Shown here in pieces: positions 50,047-63,639 of a stretch of 64,000 nucleotides of DNA. Source of the DNA: Neoechinorhynchus agilis (taxonomy: Eukaryota > Animalia > Acanthocephala); NCBI GenBank assembly GCA_051530055.1, contig CM121341.1, forward strand, positions 7,232,784-7,296,783, given 5' to 3'. Below the pieces are notes generated by a model. The model was not told the origin of the DNA. It did no database searches and saw only the letters and a list, made by a program, of their open reading frames with translations. Made by a program: the position numbers and the translations under genes. Numbering within the stretch: the first letter of the stretch is position 1; the number at the start of each line of letters is the position of its first letter.

Positions 50047-50418
50047 TACTCGGCTTTGAGGATTGCATTCGGTTGTGGTTGGATATATTGTTATTTAGGC
50101 CGCTTGTTGGCACCCAAGGGATCGCGTCAAAGAGAAGAATGCATATTTCGACTGATTGGAATAAAACGACTCGGATTCAATCAGTCAAAATATACATTCT
50201 TCTTTTTAACGCGATCCCTCGGGTGTCGACAAGCAACCTAAATAACAATACGTCATTTATGCTCATTGTTTGGAACTTAAAGACTACGTAATTGTGATTC
50301 CGGTTTCCCAAATCAATTCATAATTTTGTTTATGAAGATTTTTCCCTATTTTGTAATTAAAGATAAAATTCATCAACAAATTTACGGATTCTTTAGATGA
50401 ACACTTTACACTCGATTA

Positions 50419-51108
50419 TTAGACCAACTTTCTCTTTAGAAGTGATCTTAGAGCCGGTACAATCTCACGTGCAAAGACGTACATACTATCAGTCTTACAG
50501 AAGAGACGATCGATATAGTTGGACATTGTGATATACCTGAAGATCTCATCCACTTTATCATGGGAGCCCTGAGATAACTTCTGACCCATTGTTTGATGTC
50601 CAGCACGTTGGCAATCCATTAAAATATTCTTAAGGCTTGATCGGTCAAACTCGAATTGAACGTCAAAAAAGGTGACCATTGTTTGTACAACCGAGTGCAC
50701 TTTGATCTTGAATAGGTCAATTGCATCAAGTTCCTTCTGACCAAGTTCATCAGTTCGTTCAAGAACCGCAACTTTGACGATCACGCGCATGGACTGATCC
50801 ACGAGGCGTTTCGCGTATTTCTTGTCTCCGGTATGATGAGCGATTGATTTTTTCAGAACTGAAAGGAGCGTCTTGTATGTATCATCGATTAGCATGCTCG
50901 CTGCTTTTGAGGTTGCGAATCGCGATGCTGCATTACGTCCAGCCTTCATTAAACTCTGCTTAAATTTGGATTCTTGGTCAGTCTCTGGGATGTTTCGTAA
51001 ATATGGGCAAATTATTAACTCTGAACGCTTACCGTTATCCGAAGACGATGAATCAGGTAGTATTTCGCTGGATTCTATACTGACAACTGTCGGTTTTTCT
51101 TTGTCCAT
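50419..51108 (-). CDS. TNFAIP8: TNFAIP8/TIPE family protein, intronless
   Basis: ASRFATSKAASMLIDDT...HTGDKKYAKRLV...VIVKVAVL...F.FD...L...C...KLSQGSHDKVDEIF matches the family layout. Confidence 0.88.
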   Translation of the reverse strand: MDKEKPTVVSIESSEILPDSSSSDNGKRSELIICPYLRNIPETDQESKFKQSLMKAGRNAASRFATSKAASMLIDDTYKTLLSVLKKSIAHHTGDKKYAKRLVDQSMRVIVKVAVLERTDELGQKELDAIDLFKIKVHSVVQTMVTFFDVQFEFDRSSLKNILMDCQRAGHQTMGQKLSQGSHDKVDEIFRYITMSNYIDRLFCKTDSMYVFAREIVPALRSLLKRKLV

Positions 51109-51259
51109 TATGCAAATGCAACCGTCTTAAAAAATTGATACGCAAATTCGAGGTTTTATTCAATACCAATTTCTTAGTTATGGCTAATAGATCGCTTTTT
51201 GTGCCCAAATAAACCGTATTAAAACTGCTAATGAAGAAAATCTCGATTTTCAGGATAAA

Positions 51260-51690
51260 TGAGGGTTTATCCGCATGGTTTTACAGTTGTAGGAAAAACA
51301 AAAAAGTTAGTCTCTGGTGTAATATTAGAGTAATTCTCCTCTTGCGCCCAGAAATAATGATTGTGTTGAAAATGAGCACACATCAACCCACGTTTAAGCT
51401 TGAGAAATACCTTTTAAATTTGCTAATCCGATGGACTGTCGATTATTCGAATGTCAGTTATCCGGATCAGAATGTTGTGCTACTCAACTAATATTGCTCG
51501 AAGAGAACTAGAGACTTCGTAGCGAAAAAAAGAGAAAGGTGTGCAATGGAATACAGAGAAAAGTGATTATTTTCAACACTAAAGCTAAAAATTATGTAAT
51601 TCTCTCTTTTTTTTTGCTTTTTAAGCACAAGTTTTATAATTCTTGGAAGGTAATTATCCTCCTGCGCCCAGAAATAATGATTGAGTGTTG
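51260..51690 (+). mobile_element. decayed pogo/Tigger-like fragment; further copies at 54590-55235
   Basis: NEGLSAWFYSCR (CENP-B HTH-like LxxWF) and YPDQNV...RTRDFVAKKEKG (DDE-proximal-like); the repeat itself is certain, the pogo assignment is tentative. Confidence 0.45.
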
Positions 51691-52796
51691 AAAATTAAGC
51701 CCAACCTTTTTCGAAGAATTTCGTCCTCGTTCAAGCGTACGGAGTCCGAGAATATGAGACATAAATGAAGAGTACAAAGATCTTAAACCGTCATTAAAAT
51801 CGACTGCCATCGATACAATACCAAAAAACGTACTTCATAAAAATTGAACCGATTCTACGCTTTAGAATGGGCACTTAAAATTAATTTTATTCGCACTTAA
51901 ACGTCTCTCCCCATGAGGAAACCGTAAGACGGCGAAAGCTCGCCCAAGTGTCAATTTTTAAAAAACATGATGACAAATAACCCTTCCTTAGTATTTGATA
52001 TATATTAATCTGTTTAATAGGACCGAGATTGCCGGATGAGTGAGAGATTTTAATTAGCACGAAGCTACAATAAAGTGATATATAAAAAGAATTCATTTTT
52101 AAATAATAGGAGAGTAGTGTTTTTCGTTACAAGACAGTGGCGAATAGGAGATAAATCAGAAACGATTGGTTGTTAAAGTGTTTTCACAATGGAACTACTA
52201 GACGAGTATGCCTACGAATGTTTTCTATTTACCAAAAGCTTTGTTTTCTAATGGATAGTTGATGTTTTCATAGAGTTACGAGATGAAAAACTTATTGGAG
52301 ATCAAGTCTATTGATTTAAAAGAAGGTGAAAGTTCAGTATTGACGAAGACAAAGTTTTCCATTGAATGCCCAGGGTCAGTGCATTAGGTTTTCTCATTTT
52401 TGATAAACCAAAATGGGTTAACAATGAATCATCTACACACCTACGTATTTGTAAGTTAACATTTCGTTGTCAAGATGAAAACGTGCCAGGGTTTCAGAAG
52501 CGAGAAACAGTGAAATCGACAGACGACTGGGAAGTGCTATAAAGAATAGAGGGTGACTGAGCATGAACTTAAATGTAATGAAGAACGAGCACTTTACACG
52601 GTATTTCACATGAACGATTGTGGATTTTTGTGGATCTGAAACAGAACTAAAACATTTTTATTGCGCAAAAGACGACTTGAGGAAATTCGTTCACTTTGTA
52701 TCGCTTAAAATCAATTATACGACTTGATTATACTCACTTCGAATTTACAAATGTATATTTACTCAAAAACCACGCATAAGTCGGTATTTAGGGCAC

Positions 52797-55700
52797 TCAA
52801 ACCTCACCAACTCCTTCATAAGTTATTATAAGATCCGAGACCTTTGAAACCAACTTCCATCGGTCTTTGTTGCTGACGATTATTCCTGGAAAGCATAGAT
52901 CTTAATCGTAGAAAACCTCGAGCTACACGTACCTGATTTGTCAAAATAATTAGATTCTATTTCTATACCAACCTCTTTTGCTGCTCGCTCAAATAAGCTA
53001 AAAAATGGACTAATGGGATAGTGTTAGTTTATTATGAATCTTGTTTGATCAAATGTTGCCATAAAAACTCACTTCATTTCACTCTCTTCATATTCTGGAA
53101 TTCCTACTAATAACGAGTTCGTTTCTGACACAGGAACGGATAAAATGATTGAGAGGTCCTTTGGAGCTTTTGCTCTTTTCTAAACTCATTTTATGCTTTA
53201 TAAAATGATATATTTATGTAAAAACTCCGTCAGGTAAAAATAAACCGGATAAACTAAGATGTCTTGTATAAAAGGCGCTAAGCTACGCACTTAAAGGAGA
53301 TTCACCCTAGTTCACTACGTTTCATTTAGTAGCTGGTTTGAGGGGTCAGTGTAACCAATCCACGAATGTCCATGAAAATCGAGTAAAAAAAACAATATGT
53401 GATCCAGAATGTTGATAAAACTGAAGTGCCTTCACAAAACCTTTACTAAATTCCGATATTTAAAATTGATTATCAAATTTGGCAAAGAAAAAGTTTTTGA
53501 ATTTAGGAACTTTGATTTTTCAATGGGAACATTAAACTTTAGCTTACCAGTCGTTTACAGATCCTCGACTGCATTCGACCTCTGGATCTCCTTATTACAT
53601 GGAAATACCTTTCTCGGATGATATATAAAGCGAGCATCTTCAATGCACTGACGCTTAGCCATTTCTCTCGGTCTTTGTGTTCATAGTTCATTGGAACGAA
53701 ATAGACGGAATCATAAGCAATCACTTGATCGGTCATTATGAAATCATTCATTTGAGTGATAGTTCGCTTCAGAAATAGTTTCGAGGATTCTACGGCTACC
53801 TTCAGCGGATCCCTATCGTGCCAGATGAATAACCGCGAACATTGGGATAACGCAGAACCAGCCCGAGAATTAAATATTTCCTTTTTTTTCGAAAAGCACG
53901 AATTATTGAAAGACAATAACACGATACTTACAGAATCGATCAGGAGAGTCTGTAGACACAAAGCGAAATCACTGGCGGATAAATCAAAATTGTTATCGAA
54001 CCGCATACAAAATGTAGGTAGTGAAATAGTGTCGCGGCTATACCTTTAAATACTGGTCAATTCTGGAATCCGATACCATTATTTTTATTATCACTAACCT
54101 GTATTTCTCCATATACTGACGCTCGAACACCAGTGCTAGTCCATTTCGAGCTCGTGGATGGGCAAGTGGGAAGTACTGCTTTGTGTCCTCAATGGATATG
54201 CTAAGGAATCATGTGGATCGATCACTAAAAGGCCTTAAACATACCCGAGCTCACCAAAGAACTCATTTAAGCGTGCTTGACCGTCTGATTGGGAAAGGTT
54301 GAATATGGTATACATATTGATGCTCGTACGAAAAAAGTCGGATAACGTCCACCAGTATTGAAAGTATCCGTTTAGGCGACTATTATGAAAAAAGGAATCT
54401 GTACAATATTGGAAACCTTTATGGGGATTTAAGTCATGAATAAACCCTAATGGCTTATGAGACTCGTTCCCTGATTACATGAAACTAGAGAATGCATTAA
54501 GAATGCTACTTTACATTGCGAAAACAAACAAAAAACTCATATGGCAATCACAAATGGTCCAACTCCATGAGTACGTTGAAGAAAATAAGCTAATAAATGA
54601 GGATTATCCGCATGGTTTTACAGTTGTACGAAAAAAAGTTAGTCTCTGATGTAATATTTAGAAATAATGATTGAGTGTTGAAAATGAACACACACATCAA
54701 CCCACGTTTAAGCTTGAGAAATACCTTTTAAATTTGCTAATCCGATGGACTGTCGATTATTCGAATGTCAGTTATCCGGATCAGAATGTTGTGTTACTCA
54801 ACTAATATTGCTCGAAGAGAACTAGAGACTTCGTAGCGAAAAAAAGAGAAAGGTGTGCAATGGAATACAGAGAAAAGTGATTATTTTCAACACCAAAGCT
54901 AAAAATTATGTAATTTTCTCTTTGTTTTGCTTTTTAAGCGCAAGTTTTATAATTCTTGGAAGGTAATTCTCCTCCTGCGCCCAGAAATAATGATTGAGTG
55001 TTGAAAATGAACACACACATCAATCACGTTTAAGCTTGAGAAATACCTTTTAAATTTGCTAATCCGATGGACTGTCGATTATTCGAATGTCAGTTATCCG
55101 GATCAGAATGTTGTGCTACTCAACTAATATTGCTCGAAGAGAACTAGAGACTTCGTAGCGAAAAAAAGAGAAAGGTGTGCAATGGAATACAGAGAAAAGT
55201 GATTATTTTCAACACTAAAGCTAAAAATTATGAATAAATTGGTCTCTGTTTCTCATCAGCAAACTAAAAATACATCCATGAACAACTTTTTTTAGAATTA
55301 CGTAATTATACCCTAATTTCCCTTTTTCAAAATCACTTCCCCTCCCAAAGCTTTTAAAAAAACACTAGTTTTTCGGTTATCCGATAAAAATGTAGCATCC
55401 GAATGATGTGCGGTCCCAATTAATTCATGCATAAACGACGTTCCACTGTATTAGATTTCGGATTCAATGTGGAATATATCGCTTCGTGAGTTTGTTAGGA
55501 TCTCGCGATCTCAATTTCGAGTTTTTAGTGCATTATCCGGCATTTATTTCAATGGATTTAAAGACACTAATATTTCAGATTCGGTTTGAATGATAAATTT
55601 ATAAATATCTTGGGCTATTTTAAAACGAGTGCTGTTCATAAAAATGGCAAGTACCTGTGCTGATAGGTGATGATTGGAACTCCGTTGGGAAGATTATCTT

Positions 55701-56836
55701 GCCTAAATAAGACATAATCTTGTATATTTTACAGAATAAAGTATTTACGGTTGATTGACCCTGGAACTGTGCGTTTCCAAAATTCCACAATATGAAAGAT
55801 AAGTTCGCTTTGGTATTCGACCATTTGAATACAAATCAGTGAGTGCTACCAATACGCACCTAAAGAGCCCTGTCTATTCTGTTTAATCACTAAAAAACTT
55901 ACCATAAAAGGTAAACATTGTCCCTCGAAGTCAGATAGGCAATCTGATAGGCAACAAGTGCACTTGGATATGGATGGTAGCTGGATCGATAGTACATTTC
56001 GAGGTCTGACTCCGCTGTTGAGGTAGTTAGCGATTGTCGACTAGAATCTGCTCGATCCAGTATGGCTTTCCACTAAGCTTAAATTTAAATCCAACAGTCC
56101 AAAAATATGGCAACTTACTGGTATGTGGTTAAGTTCCGTTTCGAGTTCATCCTTGTTGACGACCAGTTTCACTTGATTAGCTGATATCACATTCGAAAGG
56201 TGGAACGGGCGCAGACTTGTTAGAATACGGATATATTAAAAAAAACACGAAAAAATATTGAAGACTTACTTGTCAATAATATAGATTTCATGATCTGATC
56301 CTAGCAGCTTTATTGCATCTAGACAACCTCCGCAATTTAGAAGAATAACGATAATGCACTGATCTCGGTATACACTGAACTCTTGTTCTAGAACATTAAT
56401 CGTGCGGACTGTGCAGACGGAGTACATCACATGTTCAGTTGCAAATAGATTCTAAGGGATGAGATGGATACTAAATGTTATTGCTAGTATCCTAGGCAAA
56501 AAATCAATTATTAAAAACTCGCTTTAGCTGATATAATGGTCATAAATACGGTTTTGACATTTATAAGCATCATCGACAAATAAATATTTAATCTCCATTC
56601 AAATTCTCGTAATGTTTTTTTGTCGTAGTTAAAAATGATTGATCATTTGGAGCAGAAAAATTGTGGTATTGTAATTTAGAAATTATATCTCAAGACGCTC
56701 AACAAATTTTCCGGATAGATACCCTTAGAATCATCCATGTACAAATTGAGTCCGTAGTTTCGGACAAAAAGACAACTACTCGTTGATCTCGTAATCTAAG
56801 GTAGAAATCACTGATTGGATCCTTTATTATAACCAT
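52797..56836 (-). CDS. CDC45: DNA replication helicase cofactor CDC45, ~13 exons
   Basis: Assembled from short exons: MVIIKDPISDFYLRLRDQRVVVFLSETTDSICTWMILR / NLFATEHVMYS...LLNCGGCLD / SLRPFHLSNV / SALVAYQIAYLTSRDNVYLLW / CVLVALTD / RLNGYFQYWWTL...GQARLNEFFGELG / LSASDF / LLVGIPE / LFERAAKE...YFDKS / DRWKLV...*. Collinear with CDC45 throughout. Confidence 0.9.
54590..55235 (+). repeat. two tandem ~315-bp copies of the 51260-51690 element inside a CDC45 intron
   Basis: Near-identical to 51330-51600. Confidence 0.9.
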
Positions 56837-57544
56837 CCCAACTGATTATATGATTTCGGCATAAGGGGTTTGAGTAAATGCCGGCGGCGTCCTTGACAGA
56901 TTGAACAGGTTTGTTCAATCTTTACTCGTCTGAAACGTATATAGAAAGTAGATAAATAAGAATTATTAATTGTCGAAATTAAATGTAAACAACTAATCAT
57001 GTTCGGACGCCGTGCACTAATTCATATACGATTATCACTGAGTCTAGTAATAAATTGTGGCTATTAGAAGAAATAATAAGCTGAAGTAATTAAAAAAAGC
57101 ATACACTTATGAATTTCGAGAGGTGAGTTATGAATATAACATATTTATATTTCAGTGCAGGATTCACATATTCGTCCACTCCCGAGATGCTTGGCATGGA
57201 GATGATAGCTGTCCAAATTATTTTTGGATAACAGGATCACAATATGATCAAGACGAAATTAAAACATCGATTTTTGGAAAGTACTTGCGGTTGTTTTAAA
57301 TCGCAAGTTAGAGACACATAAAAGCAGAAAAATGTAATTCAGCGTAAAGTTTTTGGGCAATAAATGAACAATTTAGAATCTAACATAACGTGTTAAACGA
57401 TTTGTTTGTATCTTTAGAGCACTTGAGACCTCATTGGACATAATGTGAATTTAAATTGCGTCCATAGAGTCTGACATAATGCTCTAAACGATTTGATTAT
57501 CAAGAAAAATCCGAACGAATAAAAATATTTCGAAAAAGGAAACC

Positions 57545-58582
57545 TCATTCGGGTCACCTAAAAAAGGTTTTTATTGTTTTGTATGGCTCGGGTATCCGGG
57601 GAGATCGCTATTACCGTGGTTCGGACGAGTTTAAAAATGCTCAAAACGATTTAACCATCAAGAGAGAAAAATCCACCGGGATGATAGAGTTGAAAGGCTT
57701 GTTCGGGTCACCTAAAAAAGGTTTCCATTGTTTTGTATGGCTCGGGTATCCGGGGAGATCGCTATTCCCGAGGTTCGGACGAGCTTAAAAATGCTCTAAA
57801 CGATTTAACCATCAAGAAAAAAATCCATCGGGATGATAGAGTTAAAAGCCTCGTTCGGGTCACCTAAAAAAGGTTTCCATTGTTTTGTATGGCTCGGGTA
57901 TCCGGGGAGATCGCTATTCCCGAGGTTCGGACGAGCTTAAAAATGCTCTAAACGATTTAACCATCAAGAAAAAATCCACCGGGATGATAGAGTTAAAAGC
58001 CTCGTTCGGGTCACTAAAAAAGGTTTCTATTGTTTTGTAGGCTCGGGTATCCGGGGAGATCGCTTTCCCGGGTTCGGACGAGCTTAAAAATGCTCTAAAC
58101 GATTTACACAAGAGAAAACGTCGAGTTAAAAATGCTCTAAACGATTTACCACAAGAAAAAAATCCACCGGGATGATAGAGTTAAAAGGCTCGTTCGGGTC
58201 ACCTAAAAAAGGTTTCCATTGTTTTGTATGGCTCGGGTATCCGGGGAGATCGCTATTCCCGAGGTTCGGACGAGCTTAAAAATGCTCTAAACGATTTAAC
58301 CATCAAGAGAGAAAAATCCACCGGGATGATAGAGTTGAAAGGCTTGTTCGGGTCACCTAAAAAAGGTTTCCATTGTTTTGTATGGCTCGGGTATCCGGGG
58401 AGATCGCTATTCCCGAGGTTCGGACGAGCTTAAAAATGCTCTAAACGATTTATCGACCAAGAGAGAAAAATCCATCGGGATGATAGAGTTGAAAGGCTTG
58501 TTCGGGTCACCTAAAAAAGGTTTCCATTGTTTTGTATGGCTCGGGTATCCGGGGAGATCGTTATTCCCGAGGTTCGGACGAG
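57545..58582. repeat. 154-bp tandem repeat, 7 units, relatively GC-rich with several short hairpins
   Basis: ttcgggtcac recurs at ~57548, 57702, 57854, 58005, 58193, 58347 and 58501. Confidence 0.95.
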
Positions 58583-58799
58583 CGGAACAAAACAACAAAA
58601 ACCTTCTTTTGTTTGATTGACCGATGAAAAGATTTGTTTTTCGTTTGGAATATTTCAATAAAATATATTTTAGTTTGGGCTGGACCCACAATTCTAGTAG
58701 AGAAATCGTAGACTTGGAGGAACACAACAGAAACGTCTATTGATAAAAAAAGATCAATTTTTTTGTTTGATATTAAGATTAAAAATCTCCCGTTTTTGC

Positions 58800-59000
58800 C
58801 ATCTCCAATTAACAAACCGGTTTTACGGAGCACAAGGCCGCAAGTTGGCCATGTCGCCGCCATCGCATAACGCGCATTTCGTGCAAATGGAGGAGATGCG
58901 TGCATACGAGGCGATGGTGTCAAGTTCCAGCACAGATTAAACCAAATCGAACAACGATGGGAGAGTGTTCGAGGCAATCTCCTCAGACGACTAATTTCCT
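58800..59000 (+). mobile_element. decayed Tc1/mariner transposase C-terminal fragment
   Basis: SPPSHNA (cf. DNAPxH) and, across a 1-nt frameshift, SSTDLNQIEQRW (cf. SPDLNPIExxW). Confidence 0.45.
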
Positions 59001-60511
59001 AGTTATCGGGACGCAAATAGACATTCTTGAATTTCATTAATGACATTCGTAGTGAAAGGTCAGACGCCTAAAAATATGGATCATTTTCATCATTACACCA
59101 TTTATACCGCTTTTTTTAGTCTTTAACTAAGTGTCGGACAAAAGTACCAATAAAATTCCTTTTAAGGAACATTTTTAGCTTAAAACACCTGGGCCTTGTT
59201 CTTTAATTTGAGAATTTCCTCACTCCTGTAAAATCTTTCTCTTTCGCCGCTTACAAATTCCAAGAATTCTACGAGATCCTCGACGAATCGTTTGACACAA
59301 AAACTTTATCAAACAATTTTTATGGTCGTGTTCTTCCTAAAAGTGTCGGAATAATGATAAAGTTTCGGGTTGAAAGATATCGTAACGTCTCGTCTATGGA
59401 TCTGTTTTTTTTTAAATTTATTATCTACAAATGTGAAATATTATTGTAGAATCACCACCTTTTCATTTGTGTATAAAATCGATTTATTATTTTTCGACAA
59501 ATGAAGTTTTTGATCGGACGAACTGTTAATCAATTAAATGATTTTTCTCACAATTTCCCCGACAGTAGAGCATTCCCTTAAAATACTTTACATTGGTCAA
59601 TTCTGCGAGTTAAAACAAAAATTCTTCAAAAAAAACAAATAATAAGATCCAGATTTCAGCGTGTGGCTAAACGAAAATTTTAGTCCGACGATGTAACGAG
59701 AAATCGTGGTCATTATGAAGAGGGGACGCCAGGAAAGAGACTGTGTTTGGTACGATTACATATCCGTGACGCTTGTTTTCTTTGGATTTCTGTAAGGGTT
59801 TCTTGTAGTGGCACCACTGTGAATCGAACTACTGACTCTTAAGTACTATTCAATTCTGTTTGATCAATAAGTTTTTCAATTAAAGGTAACTCTTGAGAAC
59901 TTTAAGTACTTAAATTCGGTCCTCGGAGTAGAACTGCTTAATTAATGGTCTTCTTTTTAAACTAAAAAGATTACACAAAATAAATGTGATTTTTTTGCTA
60001 CAATCCAACGCATTTTCAAATGTAATTTAGAGTCTTTAAAGGAACCGAGAAAACGAGAATCTCACCTGTAAAAAAACGGTGCCATCAAGTTTCCATGGAG
60101 GATGAGTAATATTTTGCGCCAAGAACTCTAACATTCTAATCGCTTAAAATGTACTTATTTTTTCAAACAAAAGTTTTAAATTATTAAGGTGGGAAAAGTG
60201 TTCAATGATAATGTTTTGATTGAACTTCAAGTTCTCCCTCTAAAACAGTAATGGACTAGTTTCTGTTTCAAGATTGAATTGTTCATATTGGTTGTTTTCT
60301 AGCACGAAGAAATTAAAATGATTTTACCCTTAAAATCCGATTGATTTCGGAGGAACAATCTTGCATGCGTTTATTATTTAAAGGCCTCGATCGATGGGTG
60401 TACAAGAGGGTAAAATCATTTTAAATTCTTCGCCAAAAAGTTCATTAAAGATAATTTAAAGCGATGTTCGTGGCATGTTCGACTTCGTCCAAATCGTTAA
60501 CACTTTCTAGA

Positions 60512-60967
60512 ATGAGTTCATCAAGTGAACGAAAATCATTTGGAGAGAGGCTTATTGATTGCCACGAGTGCATTAAAAAGGAACTTCTACCGACAATTAC
60601 TACCAATGCTTGCAAACTACTGGGATTCGCTTTGAAGGATGAATCGCAAAAGGTGCTAATAAAGAAGTTTTCTGATCGGCTAGCAAAGGAGTACATTTGT
60701 AGAATTGACGAACTGATGGACAAATACAAAAGCATTTGCGAAGATTCTCAAGTCATGGAGGAGAAGCATCATTGTATTCCGCTTTTGTCTAAAAATGTTG
60801 AACATCATGTGGCGATGGTGCTCAGGACGACGTTGAATGATGCTTGTAAACAACAGCGAATTCTCATTGAGGAATTAAAAACCGAATCAGAAATGCTCGA
60901 GAATGAAATCAAAAAGTCGATTGGTTCTGTAGTTGATGCTTTTAAAGATTTAAACAACTCGACTTAA
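60512..60967 (+). CDS. ~150-aa helical/coiled-coil protein, possibly PMF1/Nnf1-like kinetochore subunit
   Basis: Open frame with a heptad-rich C-terminus; the family guess rests on size and layout only. Confidence 0.55.
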   Translation: MSSSSERKSFGERLIDCHECIKKELLPTITTNACKLLGFALKDESQKVLIKKFSDRLAKEYICRIDELMDKYKSICEDSQVMEEKHHCIPLLSKNVEHHVAMVLRTTLNDACKQQRILIEELKTESEMLENEIKKSIGSVVDAFKDLNNST

Positions 60968-61348
60968 AGTGTGAGAATTCTCCATAATTTATGTATTTAG
61001 CTATGAAGACGAAGTCTAGAACTATCAAGAAAAATTTACTTTTATTAAAACGACAAAAACAAACATTAAAAGATTAATTTTGCCAAACTCTTCACTCTAA
61101 AGTATAAATAATTTTTACAAATATACGAAAATCTAGTCATTAACATCTTCGCACTCACAAAATCTTTTATCATTTCAGTCAAACAAAACATTTCAAGATT
61201 TTCGAAAGTCAATTCGCATTACAAGTTGCAAATTGAAATTGGAAAGGCTAATTGTTCCGCCATTTAAATTTATTTGCAATGAACGATTTTGAGTACACTC
61301 GAAAAATAAAATTTGTGTTGTATTTGTGTACGGTTCGTATACAAAAAA

Positions 61349-62065
61349 ATGACCGATTATTTTGCACAAAAGAGAAATAAAGAAGTAGACAAGATTTTGG
61401 TAAACTGTGTAGATCTCGTGAGTATTTTGGACGAAATCCAGAGAATCAGGAGAAAATGCGAGGAGAATCTGTCGGTCTTAAGCTTCGAACAACAGAAACT
61501 AATAATATTGATTGGTATCGCGAACAATGCTACAGAGCTTAGAACTTTCCTTGGATTCAATGCTGACATTATTGATGACAATTCAATTTTCCTCGATTAT
61601 TTGACTGATTTTTTAAACGAGCTTTCGTCCTTTTATGATAATAAAACAACAATAAACGTTCACGAATTTTGCTCCGGCACAGGAATCAAGAACTTAGAAA
61701 AGTATTTTCGGCCCCATTGTCCATATTCAGATTATCCCATGGACAATGAGGATCATCTGGAACAATTAAGTGAAATAAAAATGAATGCTGTTGCAAGAAA
61801 GTTCGAATGTTCTATGAAACAGCCGATTCGAACGAAAGGAAGTTTTGAAATTGAAAGAATGGAAGAGTCATTGACCGAAATCGACAAATACGTGGAATAC
61901 AAAACGGACGATAATTTGATGGTACCAGAGTTAAATCTAAAAATTCATAGAAGAACAAAGGCTTCGATCGTACAATTTTTTAAAAGAATGAAAGCGAGAA
62001 TAAAGTGGCAGTCGTGTGAAAGCCGCGATTGGTTTCGTGTTCCTTGCTTTGATGTGTTCTACTGA
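61349..62065 (+). CDS. hypothetical protein, ~238 aa, intronless
   Basis: Long ORF in AT-rich DNA; no motif recognised. Confidence 0.65.
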   Translation: MTDYFAQKRNKEVDKILVNCVDLVSILDEIQRIRRKCEENLSVLSFEQQKLIILIGIANNATELRTFLGFNADIIDDNSIFLDYLTDFLNELSSFYDNKTTINVHEFCSGTGIKNLEKYFRPHCPYSDYPMDNEDHLEQLSEIKMNAVARKFECSMKQPIRTKGSFEIERMEESLTEIDKYVEYKTDDNLMVPELNLKIHRRTKASIVQFFKRMKARIKWQSCESRDWFRVPCFDVFY

Positions 62066-62134
62066 ATATAAAGCCGATTGTGATTTGAACTCGAGTCGCT
62101 TTTGATCCATAATCGTGGCTATCACAATCACCTA

Positions 62135-63160
62135 AAACCGTAAGCCACTAAAATCTTAAAATAAATCTAAGATAACACAATGTCAAGTAACTAATCAAAT
62201 TTCAAAAAACTCCCATAAATCTAAACTCTTTAAAAAGTATATAAAAGAAAAAGCTAAATCATTAGCTCGGTAACTCCATTGAAAAAATCTGACTCACCTT
62301 CTATGAAATCCACAAGCGTTCGATTGATTTCTACGATAACATCGATTTAAAACAAACGAAAATCTCAAAATATGCAACCTGACAAGACCGAAAAACGCTA
62401 ACAGTGGCAAACACAAATATAACCAATAATAAATCAATATTTAACTCATAAATAACCATCCCCGTAACTCTAAACCTGAAAAAAAACCCTCTAAATAACC
62501 AAGAAAAACTATCAAACATAAATAATAGCACAACTCAAAGAGAACAGAAAAAAATTAGATGAAACAAGTAAAAATAACCAAATCGATCAAAGGCTGAATA
62601 ATACCCAAATGAATATTTTATTGGGATTCTTACAAATATCCATTAAAGTAAAAAATAACTCTCAACAAAACGAATAACATCTCGGACTAATAACCTAATC
62701 TTCTATTTATTTACCCACTAAAAATCATGCCAAAATAAAAACTTGCACCAGCTCAACTGACTTTCCACCCAAAAAGATTAACATATCAAATCTTACCACT
62801 ATTAATAAATTTTAAAAACCCAATAAACCATATAAACTAAAAAGAGATAAAACCCCCACTGCTCCCAATATTTAAATAACTAATAAAATTTACTCTCAGC
62901 TGAACTTAAAATACAAAAAACATATAAAAAATGCCATTCCGGCTTAATAGAGAGAGTACTTAAAGAATCAACTTCCTCAAAATTTGTTTTATCCAAAAAA
63001 TTGATAAACAGAAAACCAAAAAATAACAACTCCAAATCTCATTAAATCTTTTCAAGTGACTAAATTCCAACTTATCAGAAATAGAAAAGGCACTTAAGAA
63101 GAAGACGATAGCACATGACCACGAGATTAAACAAACCCGAAATCTACTAGTAAACAAATC
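62135..63160 (-). pseudogene. NUMT: decayed cob 3' part followed directly by nad1
   Basis: G+T-rich minus strand; cob FLDKTNFEEVDSLSTLSIKPEW (~62933-62990); nad1 PNK...GIIQPLID, RSCQVAYFEI and EINRTLVDF.EGESDF (~62290); stops and frameshifts throughout. Confidence 0.85.
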
Positions 63161-63639
63161 TACTAGTGATGATGATCAACAAAAATGGAATATCGATGAC
63201 AAGTATCTGCTTTTTTCCTGCTTATTAACTATCGAAAAGTGCCTTTATTTGCTTAATATTGTATTTTAAATAAAATAACTCAATGCGAACTAAAGTTTTC
63301 CTTATGAACATGAAAAATAATTGTGTTCGGGATAATGGAGAAGACGAAAATCCGATAGAGATATGCCAATAATTAGGTTTATCAATTGTTAATTAATACT
63401 GAACGAAATTCAAGTTTACAAGAAGGATTTTGCATTCGCCGTTAGCGCTTTAATCGTGATCATCAAACGAAATCGAAGACAGTAAAGAAGTGTCCGTTGA
63501 TGGTAATGCCGAATGAGTAAAAGTTGAAATATCTTCATTTTGCGCAGTTTTTTTATAATGATTCAATAATAGAATACTGATTATAAACTGTTCATTAAAC
63601 TCTTCGGACAACGCCGGTGGCCAATAAAATTTAATCAAA

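Noticed and set aside
53539-54006. 155-aa ORF as a stand-alone gene
   Set aside because: It consists of two CDC45 exons read through an in-frame intron.
57545-58582. 5S rRNA or HDV-ribozyme origin of the 154-bp repeat
   Set aside because: Only 7-10-nt matches to 5S; P1/P3/L3 cannot be built.
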